DNA of 60,528 nucleotides, the filler included, from Sphacelaria rigidula (Eukaryota), in NCBI GenBank assembly GCA_964200075.2. It is 10 parts of 10 records of this genome, joined end to end, with 100 filler letters (N's around TTAATTAATTAA, not from the genome) between each part and the next. Parts side by side here need not be neighbours in the genome. Positions count along the whole stretch, not along the records: positions 30,316 to 36,278 come from CAXNAA020023173.1; positions 36,379 to 42,341 come from CAXNAA020023174.1; positions 42,442 to 48,404 come from CAXNAA020023175.1; 7 more parts are not named here. The stretch is one strand, 5' to 3'. Below, piece after piece: positions 35,943-48,083 of this stretch. The number at the start of each line of letters is the position of its first letter. The stretch's first letter is position 1. The notes below the pieces were generated by a model. It was not told the origin of the DNA and searched no databases. It saw only the letters and a program-made list of their open reading frames with translations. The translations under genes and the position numbers were made by a program.

Positions 35943-38900
35943 CTAGTGTTGAAAAACCGCACGGGCGGGGGATATTGTTAGCGTTGTCGCGCCAATGGGG
36001 GGAATCGTATGGGGGACTATTGCGCCCTCCACTTCCAAATCACCACAAGAGCGGAGAGCACTTTTCCTTAAGAACATAGATGGCAAGCCCCGGGGAACAC
36101 GTCTCCCTTGCCCGCGCATGCGTGTCTACGTGACTGTGTGAGCGTATCGATGGCTCACTAAACTAGGGGGGGGGGGGAGAGGGGGAAGGGGTGTACTCAT
36201 GATCATGCATGCCATAATCATCAGACGATTGACCTCGCATCTCTACAAAGCCGGGAGGGAGCACGCCGGGTTTTCCCCNNNNNNNNNNNNNNNNNNNNNN
36301 NNNNNNNNNNNNNNNNNNNNNNTTAATTAATTAANNNNNNNNNNNNNNNNNNNNNNNNNNNNNNNNNNNNNNNNNNNNTTGATAGGGCAATCAGAGACAT
36401 CACGCGGCGCAGTGGCAATGTTTAGGAGAGAAGTAATGGGTAGCCTCCGACTTTTGTCAGGCTACTCGACGAAGTTTTATCAACCATACACAACTCATCC
36501 TCGTTGCTTTCTTTCATGTGGATACACCTGATAAAACGCCACATCATGGGAACGAGCAAATACTGCGTTCAAGCGACGCCCTCCCTGTTCAGGCGCCACA
36601 TACACGCTACACCCCTGACACGCATGTAAGATGAGTTTCTTCACACCTTTTCTAGCTTTCACTAAAACTCGGCAAAACACAAATGCCATCTGGTTTGCGG
36701 AGTGTGGGACGTTCCCAGAAAACGAGGTTATCACAAGATGTATTGTGATTTGAAGCACACAACGCAAAAAAACAGGGTTCGAATCGCACTCGTGTTGACA
36801 AGATCGTCTGATTTAGCCGGCGTATCGATGGACTGTCCCCAAAAAAGCACCGTCCCCGACAATAGCAAATGGAAAACAAAAACACGCAAACGGGACGGGG
36901 AAGCAAGAAGGGAGGAGAGGTCTTAGCCGGAGTGACATTTTTCGGTGCCGCAAAGTATGTCCGTGTGTAATGCACTCCGAGAGGATATGAACGGCAAAAC
37001 GCTGTCGCGTGTGTATCGATCCGCTTTGGGGACCAACATTGGAGAGCGTGGTGTGTACTGGAACAGACAAGACCATGATGACTGTCTATTGCTCTTCTAT
37101 GTTATGTAGAGTCCACCTCTACTGCCGCATGCCGCCTGCCGTCTGTGCATCATCCCTGCGCTGCCATGAAGCTTCAGTATTATGTTCACATATAATGAAT
37201 TGATTGACATGATATGACTCGAAATATGAACGGGGCGCAGATTGCCCACCGTGGAGGCCCAAGGGTTCACGTACATAGCTGGGGGCAGGACGAGTTCACA
37301 CTCTCCAAAGGTTTCTTGTAGCCTGGTCCATGGTGATACCCATATATAATGTGAGCCTTGTAAGAGTTTGTCCGTCGATATACAACCACCCTCAGGGAGA
37401 GTAATCTGTTGTGTATTGGCATAACTTTGACTTGAAAGATGAATGCAAGACCTAGTTGATCCACCGTAAAGGCTCACAGGTTAAACTTTGTTCAAAGGTT
37501 TTGTGTCATCTGATCTTTTATGGTGCCCATAGAAGAAGGGAAGGAAAGCAGCGGGGGAAGAGATAAGACAACACTGTTGTGCTGCACTGTACTGTACTGT
37601 ACTGTACTGTAACACACAACTTTTTGACTGCATTGTACTACTCGTACTCGCTTGTTGTTCTCTCTGTTTTAGTTAGACTTTGTCTACAGTCACCCCTAGG
37701 GTGGGCATCTGCATCGGAATAATATAAAATGAATAGTCATTACGCCCATGAGCAATGCACCTGCAGCAGTGTGTGTGATCTGCGCAGAAGACCGTCCGGG
37801 GTTCTCTTGAAACCGACAAGACAGATGCTTTGTTTCTGACTGACTAGCTTGAATTTGTCCATCAGAAAGAGCCGAGACACTTTCGGGGGAAATCTCCTAT
37901 TTGTTTTGTGAGCGATTTGCATCCCTAACTTTGGAGCCTGTTTGTGAGTATAACATGAAAACAGTTCATCAAAACGGGAACAACCAAGGCGCTAATCCCA
38001 GCATCTTCGCTTGTGCAGTGTGTCTGAATATTGACTACATTGTCACCAGTAGAATATACACCAGAGCAGTAGATATTATTTTTCCAGCCTGACACTAATG
38101 CTGTAGTGTTTGTGAAACGATGCAGGGCGCGCATCGCAACTCGGGCGGATGTACAGGCTCACCAACGGGATCTTTGAAATGCTCTACCTTCGTCGGTTCC
38201 ATGCGTGTTCGGCAAGCGATGGTGCGTCCGGGATGCACGGATAAGGACATCATTTAGCACACCGGAAGCAACTATCTGGTGCTTCAACATGAGGCCTTCG
38301 TAACCCAATTTCACTCCCTCTTATTTAAAAGTCTTCAACTTACATAGTTCAAATATTGCGTATGGCCAGGGAAATATAAAACCTGACACCATCACATATT
38401 GCATTTTCTTCCTCAGTATCACGGCCAGGGCCAGGGTTAGGGTTAGGTGGCTGGTTCGGAAACCCTGGTACTGAGGAGCGCCGCGAACATGTACGCCCTA
38501 GAAGCACCGCAACCAGCACTTGCATTCAAGCGGTAGAAACTGCAGCCTGCAAACAAAATTGTGTGCGAATATGATGCAGGTACGGTAGAGTATGGGTTGA
38601 TGGTTGAACGCTTCTTTGACCACCATTGACTTGGACAAGACGAATCTCCCGTTGTTACATCTCTCCGGCAGTTTAGAACAGTGCGTTGATGCATGGTGAG
38701 TCGAGTAAGAGGCAACCGATATTTGGCGCATGAATGATTTGGCTGGTCGAGAGAATTCATATTCCATTCATACACTGTCCTCCCTGTTCAATGCCATTTC
38801 TCCGTCTGCCGTGACCACGGGTACAAATCGTATATACACGTACTGCAGACCAAACGACCACCCCAACCCTTGATCTCTTCCGTCGAAAACATCACGGTCA

Positions 38901-39756
38901 TGAAGAACACACGAAACACTCGTATACATAAACGCGTCACACCTGGAAACCTCGACAGCACACACATGCCTCCTCACAACAAAAGGAGCCTGGTCGAAGA
39001 AATGCACGCAGTTTGCATCATCGGACAGTGATATTTTGTCCAGGCGGGTAACGTCAACATCGTCCCAGTTTTCTACTTAAAATTTCGTTCCTGTGCAATA
39101 CTTGTAGACGGAGGGTGAGAAGGACTGTCTAACCAAGGAAACACAGATTCAAAAGTTGCAATGATGAAGTCGGATTCTCCGCCGTGACTGACGGATTCCA
39201 GCGGGTTTGGTGTCCAAATTTAAGGGCCAAGCAACACAAACAAAAAGTTAGTGACAGTCATGTTCCGGATGGCCAGATGAAATCTGTATGAAGTCACCAA
39301 ACTGGCGTAATGGTGTATGCCCTGTTCAGGTTTTCACTGTCTGCGAAACATTTCCGAGCATTTTCCCGAACCACCTGCTTCACCGAAAGAATACGAATGC
39401 ATGTTGTGCCGGGGAGAGCTGGCTTTATTCCCTCACATTACGGACTCGTACCGAGGGGGGTGTACTCATGATCATGCATGCCATAGTCATGTAAGACAAT
39501 GGAGGGTTAGGGTTAGGGTTAGCGTACCGAGGAGGGGGGGGGGGTTAGTGTGACAAAACCAAAAATACATGCTGCTCAAGCTTACGGTGCCGACAGCGAG
39601 CACGCACGTCGAAACTGAGTTTCCAGCACTCCTACTGCCGTTCGCGTGTCCTTCAATAATGTGACTCGATTGTGTTACACCCGATGAAGATGCAAAATCT
39701 GTACCAGTTGGTGAGTGTTTGTGGTACGAAATAGTATCATATATGCACCAATACTT

Positions 39757-41578
39757 CACACGCGGCCATTCGGCTTCCTCGTAGAGGAATTTTTAAACGT
39801 CATCCTCGGTTCCGTCCGCTTTAAACCCCCCCCTAGAGAATCTTGGGTATTCGTAATCCTCTGGAGGATTTTCAATGTTGGGGCCCTCGAAGGTCTGTGT
39901 CGATATTAAAATTCCGTGCATTGTTTTGGAGGCACAAGTGCTACGGATATCTGGAATTTTTACAGCTGTTCGAAATAAGTCCTGATTCCAAATTATTGGA
40001 ATCAGGCCAAAAGGATTTATTTCGAACAGCAGAGGCTGTGCAAATCCCATATACAGTACACTCGCAAATGGAATTCGTACACCAGAAACTTTTCGAAATA
40101 AATCTTCATTTCGCCCCCACAATACCTTGAATTGGGCAAAAAAGGACTCTTATGTGCGAGCAGCTTTTGCTGTTCAAGTCCCACATACGGCACGGTATCG
40201 GTGAATGAGAGCCGAGAGACAGCAGAAGTCGTTGAGAACTCATCCTCTTGCCCCCCATTTCATATCTTGGGCAAGCGGATCGAACTCTTCAACAGCTTCG
40301 ATTGGTTTCAAATCCCATACCGATTGCGAATGTATGTACACACAGCCATGCTTTCCAGCTGCAGCTTGTGGTTATCATGTTTCAACGGCAAGAACCTTAT
40401 TTATCTAAACATACAAGCTTGAAAACCCCGTGGTCCGGTGTTCACCATTCGACCACCAAAGTGAAGCATTTTTCCGAGTGAACACGCGAAAAATTATGAT
40501 CGCGGTGTATCCTGTACTTTGATGGTGATATACATGATCATCACAACAATAAGCATGGTTTGATGCTGTACTGGACAGTACAATACCGTGTAGGACAATA
40601 CCATATCGTGCTTATAAACGTGCTGTACAATATACTGCAGAGTTCGCGCGGCATATGCGCCACGTGTGGCTAAACAACGTGGACGCCTGTAACTTTGGGT
40701 GCATGGGAGTGTTACATACCGTGAGCTACTGAGTATACCCGATGCCCGTTCTTGCAGCGTGCTCACCGCTGCAGTCAGTAGGACGTGAAAGGGAAGCGGA
40801 CAAATTACAGCAAGACGACGCAGGACTATATGTACGTTTTCTGCTCACAGTGCAACGTGAAAAGGACTTGAATAGTGTGCGCAGCTTGGTCTGCCTGCAC
40901 TGTCCATGGGTATGTATGCAGTAAACCGCCGGTTGTTGCTCGCACCATACCCCGTGACCCCGTGCTCAAGTTCAAAACTCCACCAAGAAGACATACATCA
41001 TGCTCAGCTACTGCAGTGTGTACCTACATCCCTGTGCCCAACTCGTGCTCTTTGCTGCAGGGTTATCGTGGTGGTATTATAGCTGGGGATAAGTGTTGTC
41101 GGGTTTACAATTCAATCTGTCAACGGCGGGTGATCCATATATTTTTTCTGGCGTGATGGTCCCAAAGGTCCCCTGGAAGCAGTTATAGGACACAAGTGAA
41201 CAAGTGCTGATGTACACGCTGGAGGATACTGCACCGCTATGCCTCCCGGAGTCGCAACAAATGCCTTAGAGGCCATAGCCGGTCCCTCCGCCAGAGGAAT
41301 GATGCTCATCTATCCCCCTGCCGTTCATATTTCCCTCTAAGGGACGTTCACGAAACCCACGTGCTCCAGAGCACCATATTTTCGGTACTGTAGAGGGATT
41401 CAGACCTCGGAAGTCACTCAAGCATCAGATGCCCTCCAGAGGATTCGTTTCATGACCGGAACCGAGTATGAAATACCGTCTAGAGGATATTTTTATTTTC
41501 CCGAGGGTCACTTTACCAATCGAGAGGATGAAAGTCGCGATAGAGGATTTCAACGGGGTAGCCGAATGGCCGCGTGTG
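39757..41578. mobile_element. 1.8-kb non-autonomous TIR element (CAC ends, EnSpm-like)
   Basis: 19-bp perfect TIR CACACGCGGCCATTCGGCT / AGCCGAATGGCCGCGTGTG with TT on both flanks and repeated subterminal GAGGAT and TTCGAAATAA motifs. Confidence 0.75.
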
Positions 41579-42441
41579 TTCGCACCTACGACGCCAGCAG
41601 AGTAGATGCAAACCGATGAGAAGCACCAATGCGAATTGTAACATGTAGTACACCAACACGCACACGCGGAAACGGGTTTGTACCTCCCGACCTACGTGAT
41701 CAACAGCTGACCGTTGCAATGTTCAGCAATGCACCCACGAGAAAGTGATACCCCATCCCGACGTGTTCAAGAGCTCTTGACCATATGTTTTTACGTTTGT
41801 CTGTGCACACTTGAGCCAGCATGCGAGCTGCCACTCTACATCTCACGGCCTGTGAATTTGTGTGCACAACCCACCGATTTTTCCGAGTCGTCGATGATCC
41901 TTCCGCCGAAAACATCGACAGTTCGACTGTCGAAGCGTAATGGACGCGGATTTCAGGAATACTCAGAACCGACGTTTTCCAACCAATGCCGAGTTGCATG
42001 CTCCACATGTTGGTCGTTGCTGGGGTGGTACTTGGCAAGCAACCGGCAACATGAGTAGCTGTGCGTGCATGGTTGCAGTCTGTGCGTGTCTCCTCTAAAG
42101 TCGGAACGACCCGAAACTTGAGTAAAACGAAAACATAATGCCATAACTACAAGAAAAATACGAAGTGGTGCTACTTCAAGCACGAATTTCTTACTTCCGT
42201 GCAGAAGCTCCTCGTACAAGTCAGGCTCAGAACTCCTCAAATTGGGCTGCGCGTGCAACTTTGTGTGTGACATGTAGCCAAAATACACCAAGGCGTAGTA
42301 GATTTAGCATGTGTAGGATCCTGGATGATGACCAGGGGACANNNNNNNNNNNNNNNNNNNNNNNNNNNNNNNNNNNNNNNNNNNNTTAATTAATTAANNN
42401 NNNNNNNNNNNNNNNNNNNNNNNNNNNNNNNNNNNNNNNNN

Positions 42442-45071
42442 GCGCCACACCACGGTGACCAGCCGACCGCATGTGAGCGCACACCATCAAGCGAGTTTGT
42501 AGAGCCCTATCATCCGACAGAATCCACAACACATCATTACTGCCGACACGCACACGAAATACACCATCGTCAGCCAAAGCAGTTTGAACGAAAGTCGTAG
42601 GAAAAGAATAAACAGCGTCGCCGACTGTTTTGCGCTGCGCGGTACGAATGACATCTAACGAGGGCAGAGAATCATCGGCATCACACGGGCTGTACACGGC
42701 AACAGAACGAACAGACACGGTAGGAACCTTCACCCAGCGGGACAACAAATCTCCCCAACAATTGCGCTCTCCAGGAATGTGTTCAACGGCATACCGATAT
42801 TGGCCTAGTACTCCTCTCCAATTTTTAAGTCGTTATGCCATGGCCTTCGTCACCGATGTGACACACTCCTCGGGGTTACAAATGTATTTAAGATTGCGAT
42901 GATCGGTGAAAATGCGAACACCACCCCAAAGCAAGTACTCTAGCCTTCGAAATGTATTGACTATCGCGAAACCTTCCTTGGCCACTGTCGCCCACCGTAA
43001 CTGTGAACCCTTAAAATTACCATTCAGAAAAGCCAACGGTTCGTGTGACATGTTTTTGAGCGCAACGCCACTTCTAAACTCTGCGACAGGCACTTGCGTA
43101 AAAAAACTACCCCAGTGAAAATCCGAAGCATCTGGAAACATGAGAACAACGCACCCTGGACAAGGATGATACAGCGGCAACGCTTGCGCCACCAAATCTT
43201 GCGCAGCATGCCATGCCCGGACAGTATCCTCCGTCCAAGCGTCCTCCGGAATGGTACGATTACGCGCCACCCACTCGGTCAGACGCGAAGCCCCGATCAT
43301 GAGCTGTTCCAGAAATACTCGAAGCGGAGCAACTACTTCCGCCATGCGCGGAAGCAAAGCCCGCGACCAATTCACCGCCTGCAGAAACTGCATCAGCTCC
43401 CTAGCTTTTTGAGGACGTCGCATATTGCTCAACCTCGAATACGGGCGGGATCATGCGAAACAGTACCCTTGGAATACACCTTACCACACCAAACCACTTC
43501 GCGGGCGAAAAAAGTACACTTATGCGCAGCGACGAATAGACCAACACTCTCGAAGCGGCCGAGAATTTCGTCAAGCAAAGCTAACAGTGCTTCTTCGGTT
43601 TCAGCAAAAATAGAAAACGTCACCCACCCACACTTTACAATCTAGACCTCGCAAAATGTCAGTCAGCCGTGGAATTCAATACCCCCTGCGGGACACGAGT
43701 AGGCGTAAACAAACTGTCCGGCGTGAGGATCGTGAAGATTTCCTGAGCCTCCGGCGCCAGAGGCATCTGTCAATACCCCTGTAGAAGGTCCAACTTGCCG
43801 AAGCATTGGGCTCCTAGCAACTCCCGCATGTCTTCTTGGCTAGGCATCACCCCCGGAGACTGTTCCACTTGCGCGTTCACCGCCTGATAGCCGCTGACCA
43901 AACGGAATGTGTCCCTTTTCGGCACCGCCATCGCCGGACTCACCCACACAGCCTGGATGTTCTTCACCACTAAACCAAACGCCACCAAAGCTGCGATGGA
44001 TGAGGCAAGCCACCCGGTCTTCACTGGATCGTACCGTCTGGGCTTGGCCTTCACCGCATTCGCCTGGGGCTTGATCTGCACCCTCATAAGCTCTACGCGC
44101 GCTGGCGAATCACAACGCAGCGCACGGCGTAATGTATCTACGCGACGAGCCAAAATATCGCGCAGACAATGTGAGCCATCGGCGCTCAGGCCCTTCAGCT
44201 CGGCTTATCGCACACTATCCTCAAGCGTACATTTTCTTGAACCTCTCTCCTTTGCGGGGTCCATGAACATGTCCGGCCCCCGATCGACTAAGCGCTCCAC
44301 CGCTTCATCAGCAGGAGCCTCCTCCTCATTGGCGCTCTGGAATGACCGTACGGATACAATCACACGCCTTGCAGCAAGGTAAGTGGGGTTTTCCACGCCG
44401 GTTTGCACCGGCACAGCACGCGGACGTAACTTCTCCAACGCCAGCGAATACAGATCAATTCCGAGCTCCTTCATTGTCGCCATCCCAAATAGAACCACGT
44501 TATCCCTACCGGGCATGACAGCGAACGTAATGGGCTACAACTGCAAAGCCCCCCACGGCGTACGCACGCTGACAGTAATTGGCACCGTTTTGTGTGTAAC
44601 CGTCACGGGAGCACCCGTGGCGGTCGGTGCCGTTCGCGGTCCGTTTTCGAACGGAATCTGAAGCTGAGCACCGCCAAACTGCGAAGACATCTGTTCTAGC
44701 AACCCCACACCGATCGACGTGAGCGCTGACCCAGAATCCAGAATAACGCGGGTCATGAACGAACCTACAGAACCAGGCAAGGATAAATCTGCGCGTAAGC
44801 ATTCAGTCTTGCGATCGACAGGTACCACGCCTGCCGAAGAACCCTGTTCTGTCCCAAAAGTCACTTGACGCCAGGGCTGCCCTCCAGCACTTGGCATCGG
44901 TAGCTGTGAGTCGTCGGTCCAACCAGACCAAGTCGCTGAATATGCAGACGGCGCTGTCACAGCCGTCGCAGCAGTAGGGGATGCACCAGACATGGATCCT
45001 GCCTGGCCGAGAGGTTGCGAGCTATACGCTCCAGCACTCCCCACCAAGGTATTTGCATTTCCCACGTACAC
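42442..45071 (-). pseudogene. Gypsy pol: protease, RT, RNase H, integrase H2C2 start
   Basis: ILDSGSA; WVSPAMAVPK and KLDLLQGY; KVWVGDV (mutated WVDD); FPDASDFHWG, KEGFAI and FTDHRNL; CAHMRSAGHRG. Stops and frameshifts are present. Confidence 0.93.
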
Positions 45072-45116
45072 TATCCGCCCCGCTACGGACGAACCATAAG
45101 ATCCAGAGTCACCACC

Positions 45117-46087
45117 TCATGACGTCGCGGAAGAAACAGCAGCGGAGGAATTACCATCTTCCGCCGATTGCTTGCTACCGCGGCCGCCGCGCCCGCGTCC
45201 CTGATTGGCACGGCCCCGTCTGCCGTGACGACCGCCCCTAGATCCTGATAAATCTCGTGCATTGCCCTGTGCCGCGCCTTGAGCGCAAGGCTTGTGGCAG
45301 TCCTTGATCACATGTCCGGTGTTGCCGCATTTGTGACACGCGCAAGTGGACGACGCTCGCGAAGACGGCTGTTGTTTCTGTTGCTGTTGGTGCTTGCGGC
45401 GCATACCACCTGCACTTGTTGCAAAGTCGCGCCGGCCATGTGCTTCAATGAATTTCCACTGGTCGGCCGCCTCAAATATGTTTTTGAACACCACCGTCGG
45501 GGTTTTTTCTAGCCGTCGACATACGTTAGTACACTTCTAACATGCGCCTTAAATTCCGGGGGCGAAATCCCGTCCACCAAAGCTATGGAAACCGACTCGG
45601 CCGGGCCTGGCAACCAACTCCTGTCCTCCGCCCGGTACATGGCTTGCACCATCAGGTTCTCTGCAAAAAACCGTTCCATATCTGAACTGACCATCACAGC
45701 ACGATCCCTGACAGATTTTCCCCCGTTTTGCTTCATCGTAAGTACCCTACGCAGGTCTGCTGCAGCCCGCGCAGCGTTATGCTTTCCACCAGTTGTAATA
45801 TACCCGGCATGCTGCTTCACAGCATCAAGCAATTCATCGGGGGTCACAGCCCGACCGCCCTTGTACATGTCTTCGAAGCAGCGGTGAATGCAGACAGGAA
45901 TGAGTTGCCCTATGCTTACTTTCTCATGCCGAATAATTCCTTGTCCATTAACGAGACTCAGACGCTGTATATTTTCAAGATATGCTGCGAACAAAACCCG
46001 TGATGCCTCCTCTGTCCATACTTCACCATACTTTGGCGGCTGTAGTGGCTCACCTAACACCAGCGGCGCTACCGCTGCTTGAGCCAT
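45117..46087 (-). pseudogene. Gypsy gag, family B
   Basis: Starts MAQAAVAPLVLGEPLQPPKYG; the second fragment carries the knuckle CHKCGNTGHVIKDC. Confidence 0.85.
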
Positions 46088-46092
46088 GTCGT

Positions 46093-47179
46093 CTATGCTT
46101 CAAACACTTCACGGAGAGACACTTGAGTGGTCGGTCCCACCTGCACTGCCCGTTGCGGAGCAGAAGCCCCTGCGGCTGAGCCGGACCCAGAACCGGACCC
46201 CTGCTGACGCCGCTGCCCCTGCTGCTGCTGCTGCTGCTGCTGCTGGGAACTCGACTGCACACCTCCACCGCTGGAGGATCTGCCTCCACCACCACCCCGA
46301 TTATCTTCTCCTCCTTTGTGATTGCGAGAGCGCGCGGCACTTGTCTGCCCAGACTCCCCCTTGGAAGGCGTTGGGCACTTGCGTGCGTAGTGGCCTACCT
46401 GGCCACACTGAAAGCAAGTGATCTTGGCGGCGGCACTGCCTGCGGATTTTGATCCGCGGTTACGCGAGCTCGAAGACTGCGGCGGCGAAGTGGATGATTT
46501 CCCGAATACTTCAATCTTCCGCCATGCCTGAGCCTCAGCCACCACGGTATCCATAACTAAGTATGGGTCTGACTTCCGATTGGTTTTCGTGCTGTAATTT
46601 CACAAGCATTGCCTGTTTGAATTCCGCCAGTGCCAGACCCTCCACCATCGCTTTCGTGATCACCGCAGCGGGCCCTGGACGGAATTTCTCATCGGAGGAG
46701 CGGTAGACCATCTCGACGTTGGGATTTTCGGGAAAATATGTCTCCAATTTTCCCATGGTTGGCGCCACCCTCTCACGCATGGTCTTCCCCTTGTGGTACA
46801 TGGCGACAGCCTTCGCCACGGCCGCGGACGCCTGGGTTAGCTCTACCTCAGCGCCCGCCGCATGCTCTGCATGCTTCTTAATTGCTGCAGCCAATTACAG
46901 CGGGATTATTGTGTTCTTCTCGTGGAATCTTCTCGCAAAAACACGTTGGAGGGGGGTATCCATGAGTTGCGCCATGGGTACCACCTGATGTCTTACCGCA
47001 CCCCCCGCATTCGCATGCTCCACCCGCTTCTTGCATTCCACGTATTTCGTATAAAACGAACGAGCAGCACACTCAGAATACAATTTCCCGTAACTGGGAG
47101 GCCGCAACTCTTCTCTCAGAACAACTGGGGTTACGGTCGTCTCCGCTGGCTCTTCGGTCGGTACTTCAATAGTCGACAT
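46093..47179 (-). pseudogene. Gypsy gag, family A (nested)
   Basis: TVTPVVLREELRPPSYG matches the gag at 14524; knuckle CFQCGQVGHYARKC and a poly-Q tract. Confidence 0.85.
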
Positions 47180-47477
47180 TTCCGAGCGGATCTAATCGAA
47201 GGCTTCTGAACCTTCTTGAATTCCACAGTTCACACCTGTCTTCGTCGCCGCACCACACAGCCGTGGGGTCCTATAAACTCCCGCTGCATGCAGCTCCAGC
47301 AAGTCTCCTGTCTGGATCAATCACGGGTCAGCCGTCTTTGCAGCTACCCCAGCTTGAACCCTCCTCACGTGCCCGTGAAGCAGTATGTCCGAAGCTGTCC
47401 AGACTTCTCTCTACTGAAACATTTCCAGCAGTCACTAACGATAGCACTACTAGCACGGCTAGCACTAATATCGATAT

Positions 47478-47680
47478 TGTGACCTGTAATGCTGTTGAGG
47501 GACGCCCCAGTTCCACTGGCCTCAGGTTTCAGTTGTTCGCCTTCACAACACCTGTTATTATCCTGGAGTGCCACCGAGGCACAATACCCTTCATAAACCA
47601 CATCAGGGTATCACCCCTGTATCCATGTCATCATCCATATCATCACAATATACTCAACGTGACGGCGTGATTTCGTCATA
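47478..47680 (-). repeat. 5' LTR, family A
   Basis: TGTGAC...TTTCGTCATA termini; clear similarity to 5328-5581. Confidence 0.82.
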
Positions 47681-47825
47681 GTCCTTCAGCTCACGGAGCG
47701 TCCCCCACTGCTGTGCGCTTCAAGCTGGTTTCCTCCTGTCTGCGGGCTAAACTGGCTCTCAGCTGCCGTCAACTTCTCCTCAGCCAAAACTCCTCTAACA
47801 GAGTGCCGGAGTAATATCTAGATAT

Positions 47826-48083
47826 TATAGCCTCTGCCACACGATCTGGACAAGAGGACTATTCACGAGGGACTCCTCCAGTAGCACTGGCCTCGTGCTC
47901 GACAAGTCCTTCCTTCTCACTTGTTATTATCCCGGAGTGATCCTCAATAGACCACATCAAGAGCCAGACAGCAAGGGGCCACACAGATGAGGGTCATCAA
48001 TCCAGGATCCCCTGTCCCCTGCCACTGCTCCAACCATGCATGCGATTATATCGGAACCTACGGCTTGGTATCATTGGGCTACA
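47826..48083 (-). repeat. Probable 5' LTR, family B
   Basis: T(A)TAGCC...GGCTACA termini, 258 bp; shares GAGGGACTCC..CCAGTnnnACTGGCCTC and TTGTTATT..CCCGGAGTG with the family A LTRs. Confidence 0.65.

Larger units (their letters stand above)
42442..48083 (-). mobile_element. Ty3/gypsy element, family B (5' LTR to integrase N-terminus), with a nested family A fragment
   Basis: Order is LTR, gag, PR, RT, RNase H, integrase zinc finger; truncated by the contig start. Confidence 0.92.
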
